Under the pieces are notes generated by a model. It was not told the origin of the DNA, did not search any database, and saw nothing but the letters and a program-made list of their open reading frames with translations. A stretch of 64,000 bases of DNA from the human T2T-CHM13v2.0 reference genome, Homo sapiens. Shown piece after piece: positions 16,725 through 29,487 of this stretch. The position numbers and the translations under genes were made by a program. Within the stretch, counting starts at the first letter, position 1. Each line of letters begins with the position of its first letter. The stretch is taken from assembly GCF_009914755.1 (NCBI RefSeq), contig NC_060929.1; one strand, given 5' to 3'.

Positions 16725-17629
16725 ACTGTTCTTTTGGAGTCTCCTAGAGTTCTAATAGAATAAACCCTAAATTTTTTTAAATAAAGGACAGCATGCAATA
16801 ATTGGAGCTGTGCTGCATCTTATTTCACACTGGGTCCAATGTTGATTCAGAGAATGGTTTCTCTGAATTGTACCCTGGTGTGCTGCCTCTTGCATAGCCA
16901 GATGGTCACGAGGAGAAATAGCCCTATCTCTCATTCCCTCTCAACATTCAAGCTGTCCATTCTCTAGGATAATCACTCAAACACTTTCCCCTTCCCCACT
17001 CCCCTCTCTCTCCTATTTCAAATGTATACTATGCAGTCTGTATATGCTGACAAGCTGGATGAGATCCCATTTTGTAGGAAGGTAACAATGAACCCAAACA
17101 GACCCTGCTCTCTGATGTCGCACAGTCCACTCCTAACATACTGTATCCTAAACACTCCATCACTGAGGAGTCAGGGTGACAGTCCTCTCGGACTCTGCCC
17201 CTTTGCCAGAGTAGAAGAGGTAAAGCAGTTAGACAGCCTTACCACTTCAGGCCTGTCAATCTTAATCACAGCACTGATGTAACCCGGAGAGCAATGACAG
17301 ACCCTTCTTACTCTCTGACAGTCCTGGCTAAATGCCCTTGGCTGCTTTCATCCACCTTGGCTGATAACTTCTCAATTTCATCAATTTCCTTGGTAACAGT
17401 CTCAGAATTAGGTTCTGAAACTCTAATAGTGCCCAGCCAATCAATATCCTAATCTTCAAAAGATATATATTAAATTCGGGGTCCAACCTTTCATTTGTCA
17501 ACTGTTCTTTCAGAGTCTCCTAGAGTTCTAATAGTAGAATAAACCCTAAAAAATTTTTAAAAAGAAAGGACACCATGAAATAATGAGAGTTTGCTGCATC
17601 TTATTTCACCCAGAGTCCAATGCTGACTC
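16725..17629 (+). repeat. Local dispersed direct repeat, about 125 bp (16725-16848 and 17501-17629)
   Basis: Shared blocks gagtctcctagagttctaatag, aataaaccctaaa, tgctgcatcttatttcac, gtccaatg. Confidence 0.9.
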
Positions 17630-18479
17630 TCTTTTGGAGAACTTAAGAATGTTACATTGACATTTAATAAAGTTTCCTGTAGGCCAAATAAAAGGACTTA
17701 AAAGCACACACAGTTTTCATTAATATAGCAAAACAACCTCTTGATCTAAGAGAGTAAAAACAGAGTTGGTCATGTACCATTGACAACAGAGCCACAAAGA
17801 TCTCAAAAGTGATATAACAGGTCACTCCTGGGGAGTTCTAGGACTCAACATAATTCACATATATGTTTCAAGGAATCCAGGACTTAGGTTATGGCTATTT
17901 GTGCTTTTCCCACTGACCCTGTAAACAGATCTATGGCCCTCTAAGCAACATCAAGAGGACATGGCTTTAATTTGCTCCTTCATATGAGTCACAGAAGCCT
18001 TAGGACCTCAAGTAAAACCACCATAATAGAGCTATCTTGCAGTGGCGACAAAAACAAGGGCCTGTCACTGGAGTGATCTACAGGGAGGGAGAGATAATTA
18101 CAACTGGCCCCGTTTTTCAGCAAAAGTGAATTTCAAGAAATCTCTGATGGACCATGTGGCTTCTCATAAAGTGTCACTGGCCCTGGGAATATTCCTCATT
18201 TCTCATCCATGGACCCTGACACCACTCTAAGGTTACAGAAATGCAATAATAACAGCTAGCATTTATTAAATGTTTGCAATGTGACAGGCACTGTTGAGGA
18301 CTCTACATGTGTTTACTCTTTTAATCCTCTTAATAACTCTAGGAAGAACTATTATAATTACCATTTTATAAATGAGGAAACTGAAACACTGAGTAAACAA
18401 CTTGCCCAAAAGTACAGAACAGCAGCTCCAACGAACTGAAGCCATTCCATCTTACACTCGGGCCAAGCTACTTTCTAAA

Positions 18480-20130
18480 ATATTGTCTGAGAAGTAATGC
18501 ACAACTTAAATATCAAGATTCTTACTCTCAACTAATACTCTTCTCCCAACTCACTTTAATATTCTGACTCCACCAAGACACCCAATTCATTGACCCTACT
18601 ACCTTTTCATTGTCCCTCGCTGATGCCCCCAACCAATGTCATTTCCCTCACTATTCATTATAATCATTCACTTGCAAGTGTCCTCAATTTCCTTGCACAT
18701 CCTTGCTTCCATAATATCTACAGGAAAAAAAAACACCCATGGGTAACTCCAATTCCCCGCATTCTCCATGCTAGCACCCAAGGAGCTGAACATAACTGGA
18801 GGCTCACATTGCACAACCATAGGTGGGCTTGCTTTACATTCATTAGCAATAACCCAAGGGAACCCTTGGTATCACGCAGAATCCTACATTTTATTCCGTC
18901 ATTCTCCTTAATAATTCTTGACACTTTCTCCTCTGTCCTTAAACTTCCAACAACTCCTTTCCCTTCCTCACTCTCAGCTGAAGATCTTCATTACTTCACT
19001 GAAAATGGAAACAATCATAAGAGAAATGCGTATGCATCCTGGCCCCGTCGACCAACCTGCTTGCATCTGAGCTTGTGTTCTGCCTTCTCTCCTGTTGCTG
19101 TGGAGGAACTGTCCATGTTCCACTTAGGCTCATCCCTTTCTCATCTATTCAGGAACATGGTTCCAGCAACCTTCTGTTCTCTTTCCTGCATCATGAAGGT
19201 TTCCCTTTTGACAGAATCATTGTTGGAAGAATGGTGGCTTTATTTCTCCCATCTTCAAAACAAAACCAAAAAACTTTGACTCCCATACCTGTCCATTTCA
19301 CTTCTGTGCTTTGAAATAAATCTCTGGATGAGAAAAAAAAAAAAAAGTTGTTCTACATTCTCTCATCTCCTCATGGTCCCATTTTAGTATTTACTGCAAT
19401 TACCTCCACGTTGTTCCATCATCCATGTTCTTGAAATACGTCACACGCTTCTAGGACACTCCTCAATCTTGCTTCTCCTCCCGTCTCACTGGCCACGTCT
19501 TCAAAATCTGTTGCTGGTTGCTCATATTTCCCTGACCAGGAAAGGCTGGACTGCTTAAGCTCATACCTCACATCAAGGCTCATGGCCTTAAATGCCATCT
19601 ATACACTGACAACTTCCACAGTTATAGCCAGACCAGAATTCCCTGTTAATCCAACTGCCTACTTGGCATCTCCACTTAGATGCCTGTTAGAATCTCAAAC
19701 TTTAGATGTCCAAAAGAAAACTGATGATTCTACCCCCTCAAAAAAAATTGTTCTCCTGCAGTCTTCACCATCTCAGTAAATAGTACAGCACTTTTCCATT
19801 GGTTCCAGTCAAAACCTCTTTATCTTCTATCTCTTCTATCCATCTGCAAATCTTGTTGGCTCTATGTTCAAAATATAAACATAAAAGGTCAAATTCTCAC
19901 CACTCTCAGGTCCAAGCAGCCATTATCTTTTACTTGGATTTCTTCAACAACTCTTTTAATAGTATCCTTGAGTCTGCCCTTGCAGTTAGAGAAAATCATT
20001 TCAACACGGATCAAATCAGTTAACTCTTTTCTTCAATATCCTCCAGTGGTTTCCTTTCGCACTCAAAGTAAAACACAAAATCCTTCTAATAACCTATAAG
20101 GCCTTCCATGATCTGGCCCCACTCCCTCTA
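18480..20130 (+). mobile_element. L2 LINE relic
   Basis: C/T-rich L2 phrases (ctacttggcatctccacttagatg, aatcttgttggctcta, taaggccttccatgatctggcccc). Confidence 0.75.
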
Positions 20131-20139
20131 CTTTCCACT

Positions 20140-21600
20140 GTGTGTTTTTGGGATGAAGTAGCAAGAAGGACCTTAAGGAGAGTATTGGTAGAAGCCTGAG
20201 GGCTTGCAGGGAGGCTGTCTCTAAGAGCCTCAATTAAAGCAGAGAAAGCTATTGGAAACAGAAAAAAATGTGGAATAAAAAATGTACCAAACGAACTGGA
20301 TGATTCAGATAAGGAGGTTTCCAGGTAAACTGTTGAAATTGCTGATTGGCTTCATTTTGCTGGCTATAAATGAAATGTAAGAAGAGAGAGATAAGCTAAA
20401 AAGAAAGAAGAACTATTAAAATATAAAGGAGCCAGGACTTTTTACTGAGTTTGAAAATAAAACTTTCGCATTCCTAGTCCTATCAGAAGGCAAACAATGC
20501 TGCAATTAAGAAATGGCTTCTGGGCAAAGAATGAATCCAGCATGCTGTCAGGTAAACATGCTATAACTGTAAAATCCTTTATTAGATGTAATACAATTTA
20601 TAAGATTTAACACCATGCCTCATGGACCCTTTCAAAACAAGATCCTCTAATAATCTTAACGGCACCGTGTCCCAACAGCCTTACAGGGAATCTAAGGTAC
20701 AGAAGAGCTTATTCCAGAGCAATCTGTGGGTGCTGCCTTTGTCTAATAAAGTTAATTAAAGGTTGATTCATTAGAAATCCACAAAAACTTTTAGAAGAAT
20801 TATACCAGCTTGGGCTGAAAGGGACAGAGATACTACAAACTGAAAAGAGGCCTTTGAACTCCCAATCTTCCTTAGGCAAAATCCAGGCCGAGAACACTAC
20901 TCCACCGCAAATACACACTACTTTTTATTAAAAAAGCAAGCAAGCCCAGACAACAGAACCAAGAGCCGAGAAGACAGGGCCAATCGTCATAGTGAACAAC
21001 TCCTAGGCAATAGGACCAAGTCCTAATCAGAGAAATCACCACATGTGTCTGGCTAGATTTCAAAACTAGTATTATGGACTAGTAATTGTTGTGTGCCTCC
21101 TGTTTTGCCCCTTTCTAACTGGAAGCATTTATACTGGTTATCCTATGCATGTTCCACCACTGTATGTTTGGGGCGGGTAGGCAGGAAACATATCTTATCA
21201 CCTTAATTCACATATCTTCAGATCAAAAGGAACTGTACTCAAGGGTTAAACTTCAGGGAAAATGTTCGAAGAGTCTGATTAGAGGAGATGATATATCTTT
21301 TTTTTTTTTTTATGATGGAGTCTCGCTCTGTCACCCAGGCTGGAGTGCAGTGGCGCAATCTCGGCTCACTGCAAGCTGGAGATGGTATATCTTAAGCTCA
21401 AGTCCCATGTCACAATAAATAAGAATATTGGGAGGCCTTGGGAGGGATAAGTGCATTTTATATGTAAAAAGAATATAAATAATTTTTGGTCAGAGGAATC
21501 TCATGTATTAAAACATGTCTTTAAATTAGTCAACACTATTCCTATCAAAAGGTATAATGTAGTATTCCTCCCCTTTAAATGTTACCTGACCAAGAGTAAA
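20140..21600 (+). mobile_element. MaLR (MLT1) internal-region relic
   Basis: Resembles MLT-int (gctataaatgaaatgtaagaagagagagataagctaa; tgttccaccactgtatgtttgg). Confidence 0.55.
21300..21377 (-). mobile_element. Severely 5'-truncated AluY-like insertion (about 78 bp)
   Basis: Poly(T) plus Alu 3' end with the AluY-type gcaagct. TSD ggagatg(a/g)tatatctt at 21284-21299 and 21378-21393. Confidence 0.9.
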
Positions 21601-21949
21601 AACAGTATATGGTGTAGTGATGGAAGAGAAGGCTAGAGAAGGATCTACAGATTATAGATAGGGCCCAGATAATAAAGAGTCTCGTATGCATAATAGAATT
21701 TGAATTTAAGCAGAATACTATGGATACTCATTGAAATCTTATAAGTAGGGGAGCAACTTCATAATATTTGCATTTTAATCTGATCACCTTGACAGCAAGT
21801 AAAAGGAGAGTGGGTTAAAGTAAAGCAAACCAGGAATCCAGGAGCCTAAGTAGCCTACTCAGGTAATCCAGGAAAAACTTTGAGAGGTGCAAACTTGAGG
21901 GAATTTGAGTGGCAGGGGGTTTGGGGGGAATATTGCCTGGACTTTACTT

Positions 21950-22367
21950 TGAACCAATAGAATGCCACAGAAGTAACACTGTGTGGTGGCAGAAGTAACT
22001 GCCTGTCTTCTGAGACTTGGTCATGCACAGTGACCATGCTCCTTCTGGTATCCTTCCCTCCCTTTGCCCTCTGGATGTTTTCCCTTGCGAGGAAGCCAAG
22101 CAACAACACAGAGAGTCCACAAGTAGGTGCTCCATCCCCAGTTGAAGCCCCAGCCAATGCCAACATCAACCAGCACACACATGACTGAGACTTCAGATGA
22201 CTCCAGCCTCCAGCCTTCATGCTGCTCCAGCAGACACTAAGTAGAACAGACATGAGCGGGCCCTCCCAAGCCCTGCCAAAGTCGCAGATCCACGAGCAAA
22301 ATGTGTGTGGCTGTAATTTAAAGCCCCTACATTTTGAGAGGGCTAGTTACACAACAAAGAGTAACAG
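21950..22367 (+). mobile_element. MLT1 (F/G/H-like) LTR
   Basis: cagatgactccagcctccagcc...tttaaagcccctacattttgag...ttacacaacaa..gtaacagg, typical of MLT1. Confidence 0.75.
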
Positions 22368-23876
22368 GAGCACTTCCCAATTTATCCAGACCTCTTTTAT
22401 CTTCATTCTTGTATTCAACAAACTTGCTATTCCTCCTGTGTTTATGCCATCTGTGAATGTGATGTGCATGCCCTTTATGTCTTCATCCCAGGTACTGGCA
22501 TAGATGTTCTATGCCCTGGAACATACCTAGAAACCTCCCTCCATCACATCATTCAAGAAACCAGAGATGACTGTGAAAAGCCATCCTAACTAATTATCTT
22601 TCAATTTAGCATCATTTTTCCATTTAGTCCACAAAGACATCATACAAACTTTTCTGTGTATCTTTGACTTCCAAACATACTAGTTTTATTATTAATAAAG
22701 TGGTCTGATGAAAGCTGCTTTTTTTGTTACTGAAAATACACTGGATTCTAGGGACCTACTATTATATGTCTTCAGAGCCCACCAATCATTTTTTAAACAT
22801 GCCTTCCTGCCAACATATGCCTGTCTCTAGTGGAGCTGCCCTACAGTTGCATCTAATAGGCTGTTTCAAATCTCTTAGGACCAGGGCACATAATAACCAA
22901 TGTGTTCAGATTTCTTCCTAAAATGAAAATAAACATGGTTTTAGGGATCACAGATTCCTTGAGAAAGTCCTGAATCCCGTGAGTGGACTCTAAAATAATC
23001 AATCTGTGCTGCTTAAGAAACCTTAGATCTCTGGAAAGTTTCGACTACATTTTGGGTAAGTGAAGTTGCAACACATTTTTAAAATGTGGATAAGTGAGGC
23101 ATCACTGTATACAGACTATGAGATCATTTCATCTTGAAATAAAATCCTAAATTTGCCATGTCTTGAAACTGTAGTAATTTAAAATATACAGGTGGTTAAG
23201 TTAGGGTTCATTTAAACTCTGTCCTAGAAGCTGAACATAAATGTAGTTTTAGCTAACCAAGTAATCTGGCACAAAGGAGCAAGCCAGCCCAGGGAGCTGC
23301 AAAGTAAGCAGGGTCCAGGTGCCCTGCTCAGCACCACCCACACAGTTACACCTACTCCAGCATGTACAATTCACATGGTTAGCACAGCTGCACACTGCAG
23401 CCTTGCCCCTTCTCATCTGCAATTACAGTCTGTTTCTCCCTAAATGACCTTATTTGGTCTCATGACTTTAAAAACCTAGAGACTCCTAGATGTGACTCCA
23501 GCCTACTCCCCTACTCCCCTAATGTCTCTGGGATGTCAAATGGGTGTTTCAAACCCAACATATGCAAATCAGAACTGACTTCCCAAACTGAAAAACCAGC
23601 TCCCTATCACTCCTCATCTTGACATTTCCAACAGAAATGTACACAGAGCCTACAAAAGCCTGCTGGGCCCTATGTTATGGGGGCCCTGCCCACCTTTCCA
23701 CTTCATCACCCTCTTTCTTACAACTCTAGCATCACTGGACTCCTCTCAGTTCCAGAACACCTCGCATCTGTCTCTGCCTTAAGGCCCCCATGCCAGCTGT
23801 TCCTCCTGCCTGCCATGCTCCTCCCCTTATCACTCCAGCCTCGGTGTAAATACCAAAGAGGTCTCTTCTAACCACC

Positions 23877-24426
23877 TGTGGTGTTTATGATATATATTGG
23901 TTTTCATCCATGGTTCCTGGTTCATAACTCCCATAGCCCTTGTTAGTCTTTTGTTGAAATGTTGGGAGTGTTAGGCCTCAGGACACAAAGTCTCTCTCCT
24001 GCCCTCCTTTCACCTGCCCCTAGCAGGACTCTAATCTTCTCCCACCTTTCTGACTGTGGGTCTTAAGACCTTTCCCTGTGTTCATACAGATCATGGGGGA
24101 ATGAGGAACCCTCCCCAGAGAAAGTCTAGCCCTATACACCTGGAAAAGGAATGCTGACATCATGACACTTCCACAAAGACTCAAGAGGACTTGGTCCAGG
24201 GAGCTTCTAGGTAGCCGAACACATGCAGGTTCCTGGAGGGTGGCGTGCCCAGGAGGGCATAGAAGTTCCATGCCCCGTTCCCCCATACCTCACCTTACAC
24301 ATCTCTTCATCTATATATTCTGCGTTTCTGAGTTTTGTAAGCTGCTCTAGCAAATTAATCAAACCCAAAGAGAAGGTCATGGGAACTCCAACTTGAAGCC
24401 AGTTGGTCAGAAGTTCCACAGGCCTC
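23877..24426 (+). mobile_element. MER21-family LTR, 3'-truncated, nested in an L2 relic (about 23420-24700)
   Basis: Starts tgtggtg. Contains gagcttctaggtagccgaacacatgcaggttcctggagggtggcgtgccc, the MER21 core. Confidence 0.75.
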
Positions 24427-24456
24427 GGCCAGGAGCAGTGGCTCACACCTGTAATT
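24427..24456 (+). mobile_element. Alu 5' stub (30 bp)
   Basis: ggccaggagcagtggctcacacctgtaat, then an abrupt end. Confidence 0.7.
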
Positions 24457-25679
24457 ACATGGGTAGAGACTTTTTCTCTACATACCACCCAATGGAAGAA
24501 GCCTTCACAAAACTCTAGCATATCATCTTATTTTCAAAGCATTCAGTACCTGATATTTGAGTATCTTTTTATGGTCTGTCTCACCCCTGGAAATAAACTC
24601 CTTGAGACCAGAGACCTTGGCTCTTACTCACCATTGTGCCATACTTCCTGAGACACAGTGGCTGCCTGGTAAGTATCTGCTATGTGATTGAATGGAGATG
24701 AGCAACAGCAAATGCTCATCTTTCCTCACAGTCCCAGTTCAGGCTGTGCTGATATGAGTAAGGATATAACTCTAAAAAATGTTAAACAAGAAACTTCCTG
24801 AATATCCTCTATAAAATATCCTGCGGCCTCCAATACTGATGGGTATCATGAAAGAATAAACTAAGCTCCTACAGATCATCAGCTTTTAAAGGCCCACTTC
24901 TGTTAATTCATAAAGCAGCTCTCAAAACTCATAGTCCAGAAGGGAAAGTAGGTAACTCCCACTTTCCCATGAAACAAAAAAGCACCTGCACAGCTTTTTA
25001 ACAATTCCAAGAACATCTCTCTTATTGGAACAGGTCCTAAAATGATAGACAAACTAGTCACTTAGCTTTTAGTACATGCAGCAAATTTGCAATTTTATAA
25101 AATATAAGTAGAATAGAAAATATTCCATAAAATACATTTTATTAGTAGGCTACTGACACATCACGATTAAACTGTTTATTATATTCAAGGAGAAAATTCT
25201 CTTAAGATTCAGAATAAGGTTAAATCAAGGTTAATTTATCAGAGCTTTGTGTCGAAACCCTAAATTTAAAAAAAAACTAGTTTTCTAATGTCTAAAATCA
25301 TTAACTCTAAAATCACTGTTTTCCCATTAGGCAATCAATCAACTGTCTGAAATTCCTTCCTTTATGGCTCATTCTGATTTAACCGGGGAGAAGGACAGTC
25401 TAATTTAATAAATGTTCATAGTAAAGAAATCAATATTCCTTTCACTTATGTATATAACTAAGAAGGTATGGGTCACAGAAATTTCTCAGGTACTGCATTT
25501 ATTGATAAGAACACCTAGCATACCTACGTACCTGGTTGTATATACAAAAATATAAATGTATATGGATATATGGATATATATATACATGTATGTATATGTT
25601 GACATTTCTACCATTCCTGATAGTTTTGTTATTAAGTACTTTGTACCTTTATTGTTTTCAATTGTTGTTCGATGGAAGC

Positions 25680-25832
25680 ATTTTTTTTTTTAACTTTTAA
25701 ATTCAGGGATACAGGTACAGGTTTGTTATACAGGTAATCTCGTGTCATGAGGGTCTGCTGCACTGATTAATTTTGTGACCCAGGCATTAAGCCTGGTACC
25801 CATTAGTTATTTTTCCTCATCCTCTCCCTCCT
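25680..25832 (-). mobile_element. Short L1PA-type 3' UTR fragment
   Basis: Poly(T) followed by caggtttgttatacaggtaa...cccaggcattaagcctggtacccattagttatttttcct. Confidence 0.8.
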
Positions 25833-26989
25833 TTTAATTTAGTTTAATTTAGTTTTGGTGAAGAAGGCATTGGGTGCCATTAACAAAGAAAACTTTCTCT
25901 CCAAGATAGAATTCAGCCCTTCACCTCCCTAAACCTAGAAACCGCAGGATAAAATATTATACATGACCCATGGAAGAAACATTCATGCCTACTGCAATCA
26001 ACCATTTGAGGGAAAGAAGGAAAAAAGAACTAAAGTTCAAAATGTGCCATGGAGGTGATCCTACACAAACCTGGGTCCTTCAAGAGCCGTTTTTGAGTCC
26101 GTGTCAAAATCAACAAACTGAAGACCAATCAGTCAAAGCATGCTCTGCTTTTCCCGATGCCGCAGTGAGGAAAGCATGCAGTGCAAGAAGCGACTTTGGG
26201 GGAGCCGTTTGGGAGGCTCCCCTCTCAGCACTTCCCGGGGTTATTTCAGGCATGTCAGCTGCTGAATTCTCATGGTGTTTCACATGACTGTGCTCAGAAG
26301 AGGGCACACCCACTCTAAACAGAAAATGTTCCAGAAGAACATCATCTCTTCCTTTCCTATTAAACACTGTTTAACCAAGAAGAAATAGAAAAATCTACTT
26401 TTAGAAGTGCTATTTATTATAAACAATTTTTTAAAATCATGGGATCCACCATCATACAGTTACACATGACATTGTTTGAACTCAAATCCTCATATAATAT
26501 GCCTCCTTTTATTACATACTACACCACTATACCTCTAACCAGACAAGAATATTCTAAACAGCACCTAGTAGCTGCCAGCACATTAAAAATATCCTGTACC
26601 TGTTGTTTCTTATAATCCCAATAAGAATTTTCAATCTAACTTCCTAATATCTCAGTAAAGCTTTTTCTTTTTTTTTAAATGTAAGTTAAATCTGGTTAAA
26701 ATGAACAGCAGGAGAGGCCTTTCATAAGAGAAGGAGGGAGCATGCAGGCGTGGGAAGGGGAGGTGTGGGAATGCTCTTGTCAAGGCCCTCGCCTCCCAGT
26801 GAGCGGCCCACACAGTCCAGGCGAGAGTTCTTTCACTCAGTAACATTACAGATCACTTGTTTTGCAGTGACAGAGGTGGTAAGAAAGTGGTGAATAGGAT
26901 TCAATGCTTCCCTTCAAAAAGTATCCGATCAAATGGTATTATTCAATAGACACAAACAATGTTGTATTTGTAATATGTGATACAAGAAG

Positions 26990-27800
26990 GCCCAAAATAT
27001 TTCTGGGGGGTCGGGGAAAGCTTCAGGAAGCAGGAGACATCAGAAACACCACACTCTGTGGATGGTAATGATAAACAAGATTTAAACAAGGAAAAATGAT
27101 GGAAGGGAAGAGAACAAGAAGGGTGTTCAGGCAGGGGAGGCAGCACATACAACCCCCCGAGACACTATGGTACAGCTAAGGAGCTGCAGGTAGTTCAGTG
27201 GAGCTACGGCGTACCTGAAGTACGCATTTGGGTGGGGAACTGAAAAGTCATGTTGCAAGAAAAGGAGCTCAAGATAACCAAGGGCCACGTATCTTAAAGG
27301 ACTTTGTAAACCATGTTTAGGAGTTTGGATTTTCCCTTAGGGAGCCATTAAATAATTTTAAGCCACAGAAGGAGACACCATCAAAGTCGCCTTTCTGAAA
27401 GAAAACTGCAATTGCAGTGGGGAAAACACTGGAGGGAGTAAGACCAAAGACAGGACAGCCAGTCAAAAAAGCTTTTATAGAAACCCAAGCTCATCTGGCA
27501 CTGAAACTAAAATTCAGAGATGGAGACTGATTCTAGAGAGGTGAATAGATGACCACAAGTCCTGTTTACACCAGTGGTCCCAGCTTAGTTATTAACAGTG
27601 TCCCTTTTCACTCTCAAAAGTATCCTGGATTAGTGAGTGAACTGTATGGTCAATCTAGGAATTAAGGAGTAAAGCTGCCAGGACTTGGTGACTGGCTATG
27701 AGGAGAGGTGAGATGATGTAGTTGGGAATGACACCCAAGATTCTAGCTTGAGCAATTGGGTAGATGGTGTTGCCATTCACTAAGCTATTGTAACAAAGGT
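26990..27800 (-). mobile_element. L2 relic interrupted by a MER81-like element
   Basis: Purine-rich antisense L2 phrases (aggagtttggatttt, gatggtgttgccattcactaag). Confidence 0.6.
27545..27657 (-). mobile_element. MER81-like hAT MITE
   Basis: Degenerate TIRs tagatgacca / tggtcaatcta around gtcccttttcactctcaaaagt. Confidence 0.65.
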
Positions 27801-29436
27801 GCAGGCACCTCGGGGATGCTATGTGAGGACTTCCCAAAGGATACATGGGTAAACATAGTTTTAAGAACTCAATTCCCAGATTCTCACCTTCCATATACAC
27901 TCTATTCCAAAACTGATCTACCAAAGAATAAGCCCAAGATTAGGACATTATGCTAATTCTCCTTTCCTACTGCACTCTCCTTTCAAAATTCTCCATTCCC
28001 AATTTACTGAAAGGCACCTTTCAGCCCTGTCAAGCTGCTATAGTGCATTGCCCAAGGGCACGAATAATCACAGGAGAAGCATAGGAAGACTTTAAAATAC
28101 TGATGTTAACAAAGTTGTCTTTAATAAAGACACTATAAATCAGAAAAACATAGTGTTATGTATTTTTCCATTTTATACATATTTCTGGCAAGGACTATGC
28201 AAAGTGTTAGAAGCATGATATTTTGGCCTATACTTGGGTGGTTCTAAAATCAGATACATTGTACCATAGGGCAGCACCAGGAGTGATGATTTTTGTTTAA
28301 TGATCTTGCAATTTCCATACTCTAGCTACTGTCAGTTCCTTAAGAATAAGACAAATCAAAGTCTTGGTAAGTGAAAGCAGACCTATCTTATCTAGGCAAC
28401 AAAATGCTTTGCCTTATCTGTCTTAGGAATAGAATTCCAAAATGAAATACTTTTCATGGAACTCAAGTTAACATTTTTATTTAAATTGACAAAATGACAG
28501 AAAGCAAGTTGGTTTGGCTAAGTGGCTTAATAATGACTGGCTTTGTCCAAGAGTTTTATGTTGGAGACTTTCCATAAGCCAAATGAACTAAATCTGCAAT
28601 TCTAAGATTCTGATGAAAATATAAAGTATATAATTAGATAAAAGCACTTTATTAAAAATCTTACATTGGCAAACTTATGTTAAAATTAATGATTTTAAAA
28701 TTTTTCTAAATCCCTTCTATTTTTTATTTAATATTGCATTAAATCAGGTGCCTCTAAATAAAAAAAAGCATAATTAATAACATTTTGGTAAGTGTTGACA
28801 AAGCATTTTTAATACATTTCCTAGAAATTGTGGAGTTGAATTACTATAATAATCAATTAAGAAATTTTAAGACAGGTGGTCTTGAATTCATTGCTTTCAA
28901 CTAAAGAAAAACCCAACTGAATGGTCTGAAAAAACACTGCTCTCAGATATATAAGAAAAAGGTAGAGTTGGAATCATTCCAGGAATATATTATAATGGAC
29001 TAATTGGAAAGAAAAAGTCCCACTCACCTCATTAAAAGATGCGCTTCCAATAAATACTTATATTTTATGTTTAATAATTTTTTTCCATAGGTTTTTAGGG
29101 AACAGGTTAGGTATTGAGTTACATGAATAAGTTCTTTAATGGTGATTTGTGAGATTTTGGTGCAACCATCACCCAAGCAGTATACACTGAAGCCAATTTG
29201 TAGTCTTTTATCCCTCACCCCCTTCCTACCCCTTCCCTCCCGAGTCTCCAAAGTCCATTGTATCATTCTTATGCCTTTGCATCCTCATAGCTTAGCCCCC
29301 ACTTACGAGTGAGAACATACAATATTTGTTTTTCCATTCCTGAGTTACTTCACTTAGAATAATAGTCTCCAATATCATCAAGGTTGCTGTGAATGCCATT
29401 AATTCATTCCATTTTATGGCTGAGTAGTATTCCATC

Positions 29437-29446
29437 ACATACATAT

Positions 29447-29486
<40 letters not shown>
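29437..29486. repeat. (CATA)/(CA)n microsatellite within the L1
   Basis: cacatacatatatacatacatacacacacac... Confidence 0.95.

Positions 29487-29487
<1 letters not shown>

Noticed and set aside
18590-19279. Longest ORF in the track (229 aa, + strand)
   Set aside because: It lies in a decayed L2 element, starts at a non-ATG codon and has no recognisable domain or splice structure.
26000-26830. Mildly CpG/G-rich unique segment as a promoter, enhancer or G-quadruplex
   Set aside because: Too few CpGs for an island, and the G-run loops are long. A regulatory role cannot be supported from sequence alone.
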